From the NCBI RefSeq assembly GCF_964204645.1, contig NC_134033.1:12718655-12782654 (forward strand): 64,000 nt of DNA. Direction: 5' to 3'. Below are positions 63,203 through 64,000 of the stretch, one piece after another. The notes under the pieces were generated by a model. That model ran no database searches. It was not told where the DNA came from and was given only the letters and a program-made list of their open reading frames with translations. The stretch comes from Tubulanus polymorphus (Eukaryota > Animalia > Nemertea). Made by a program: the position numbers and the translations under genes. Numbering within the stretch: the first letter of the stretch is position 1; each line of letters begins with the position of its first letter.

Positions 63203-64000
63203 CTTCAGTGACAGAAAGAAAATATCACATTGTAAAAACGAAAAAATCATCCAAAGCATTCACGTTTAGTTCGTCGTATTGTAAAATCTAGCAGAATATT
63301 ATCAGTATAGAACTCAGTAAACATTGATGAATTTTCCATAGGTTTCCCATATAAGACTCATCTTCAAGAAAAGCGCGATAGACGACAATAAGACAATATG
63401 TCGTAAAGATCGACTAATTGGAATAAACTCAATTTCAGTTTTTGCTGATAATGAATAAATCATGTTTTTTATTCACAAATATAAATATAAATGTATAACG
63501 TATATAAATATACAGTGAGAATAAAATTATATACATTTAAACAGCGCAACGGCTTCCAATATATACATGTATACAAATGTAATCGAACATCTTAATTGCG
63601 TTATCTACATGAACTTATATTCATCAAATCTACGAGAAATGTAAATCACAGTAGACAAATGAGATATTTTTTTTCTTTTTGATAGATTATTTGGTTCATT
63701 CATTTTGATTTGATTTGGATTTTGAACCCCTTACAAACCCACCACACCAGCCAGAAACGGAAAAGGGGGCTTGATTTTAAAATCGGAAATCGAAGGATAA
63801 GTTGTGTAATTAACGGTCGATAATAATTACAGAATTTTCTTTTTAAGAAAAATTCATAATTGTAAATTTCGGTTACGGTTCGTTTGAACAATCTCCCAAC
63901 AGCCTAAAACATTAAGGTTGGGGGTGATTATAACACACAAAGTCCCTATCATATTTCTTTTTTTGACTGCAACGATTTCTCCGACGTTTTAAATCGGTCC

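Overview
Intron-rich, AT-rich animal (invertebrate, probably lophotrochozoan) genomic DNA; most ORFs in the supplied track are exon fragments or noise. Genes assembled by hand from GT-AG sites and exon phase: an Ig/FN3 gene (-, runs off the left edge), a secreted thyroglobulin type-1 repeat protein (-), a single-exon class A GPCR (-), calpain-5 (-, 12 core exons), an ADP-ribosylglycohydrolase-family gene (-), NDUFA1 (+) and a partial TNF-family ligand (-). About 22 kb between the head-to-head ADP-ribosylglycohydrolase and NDUFA1 genes is filled by two back-to-back elements with related hairpin ends. The first (37135-44267) is a foldback-like TIR element with a target-site duplication and two inverted 30-bp arrays. 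It has no recognisable transposase and carries a spliced cargo gene (UIM-like, OTU deubiquitinase, NLS, PHD finger, PWWP3A/MUM1 C-terminal-like domain); the OTU part is disabled while the PHD/C-terminal part is open. The second (~44340-58762) holds about 12 tandem ~240-bp exon-intron units. Calpain-5 introns contain two candidate frame-preserving microexons and candidate alternative exons encoding an NPF-acidic tail. All family assignments come from recalled motifs; no searches were run.
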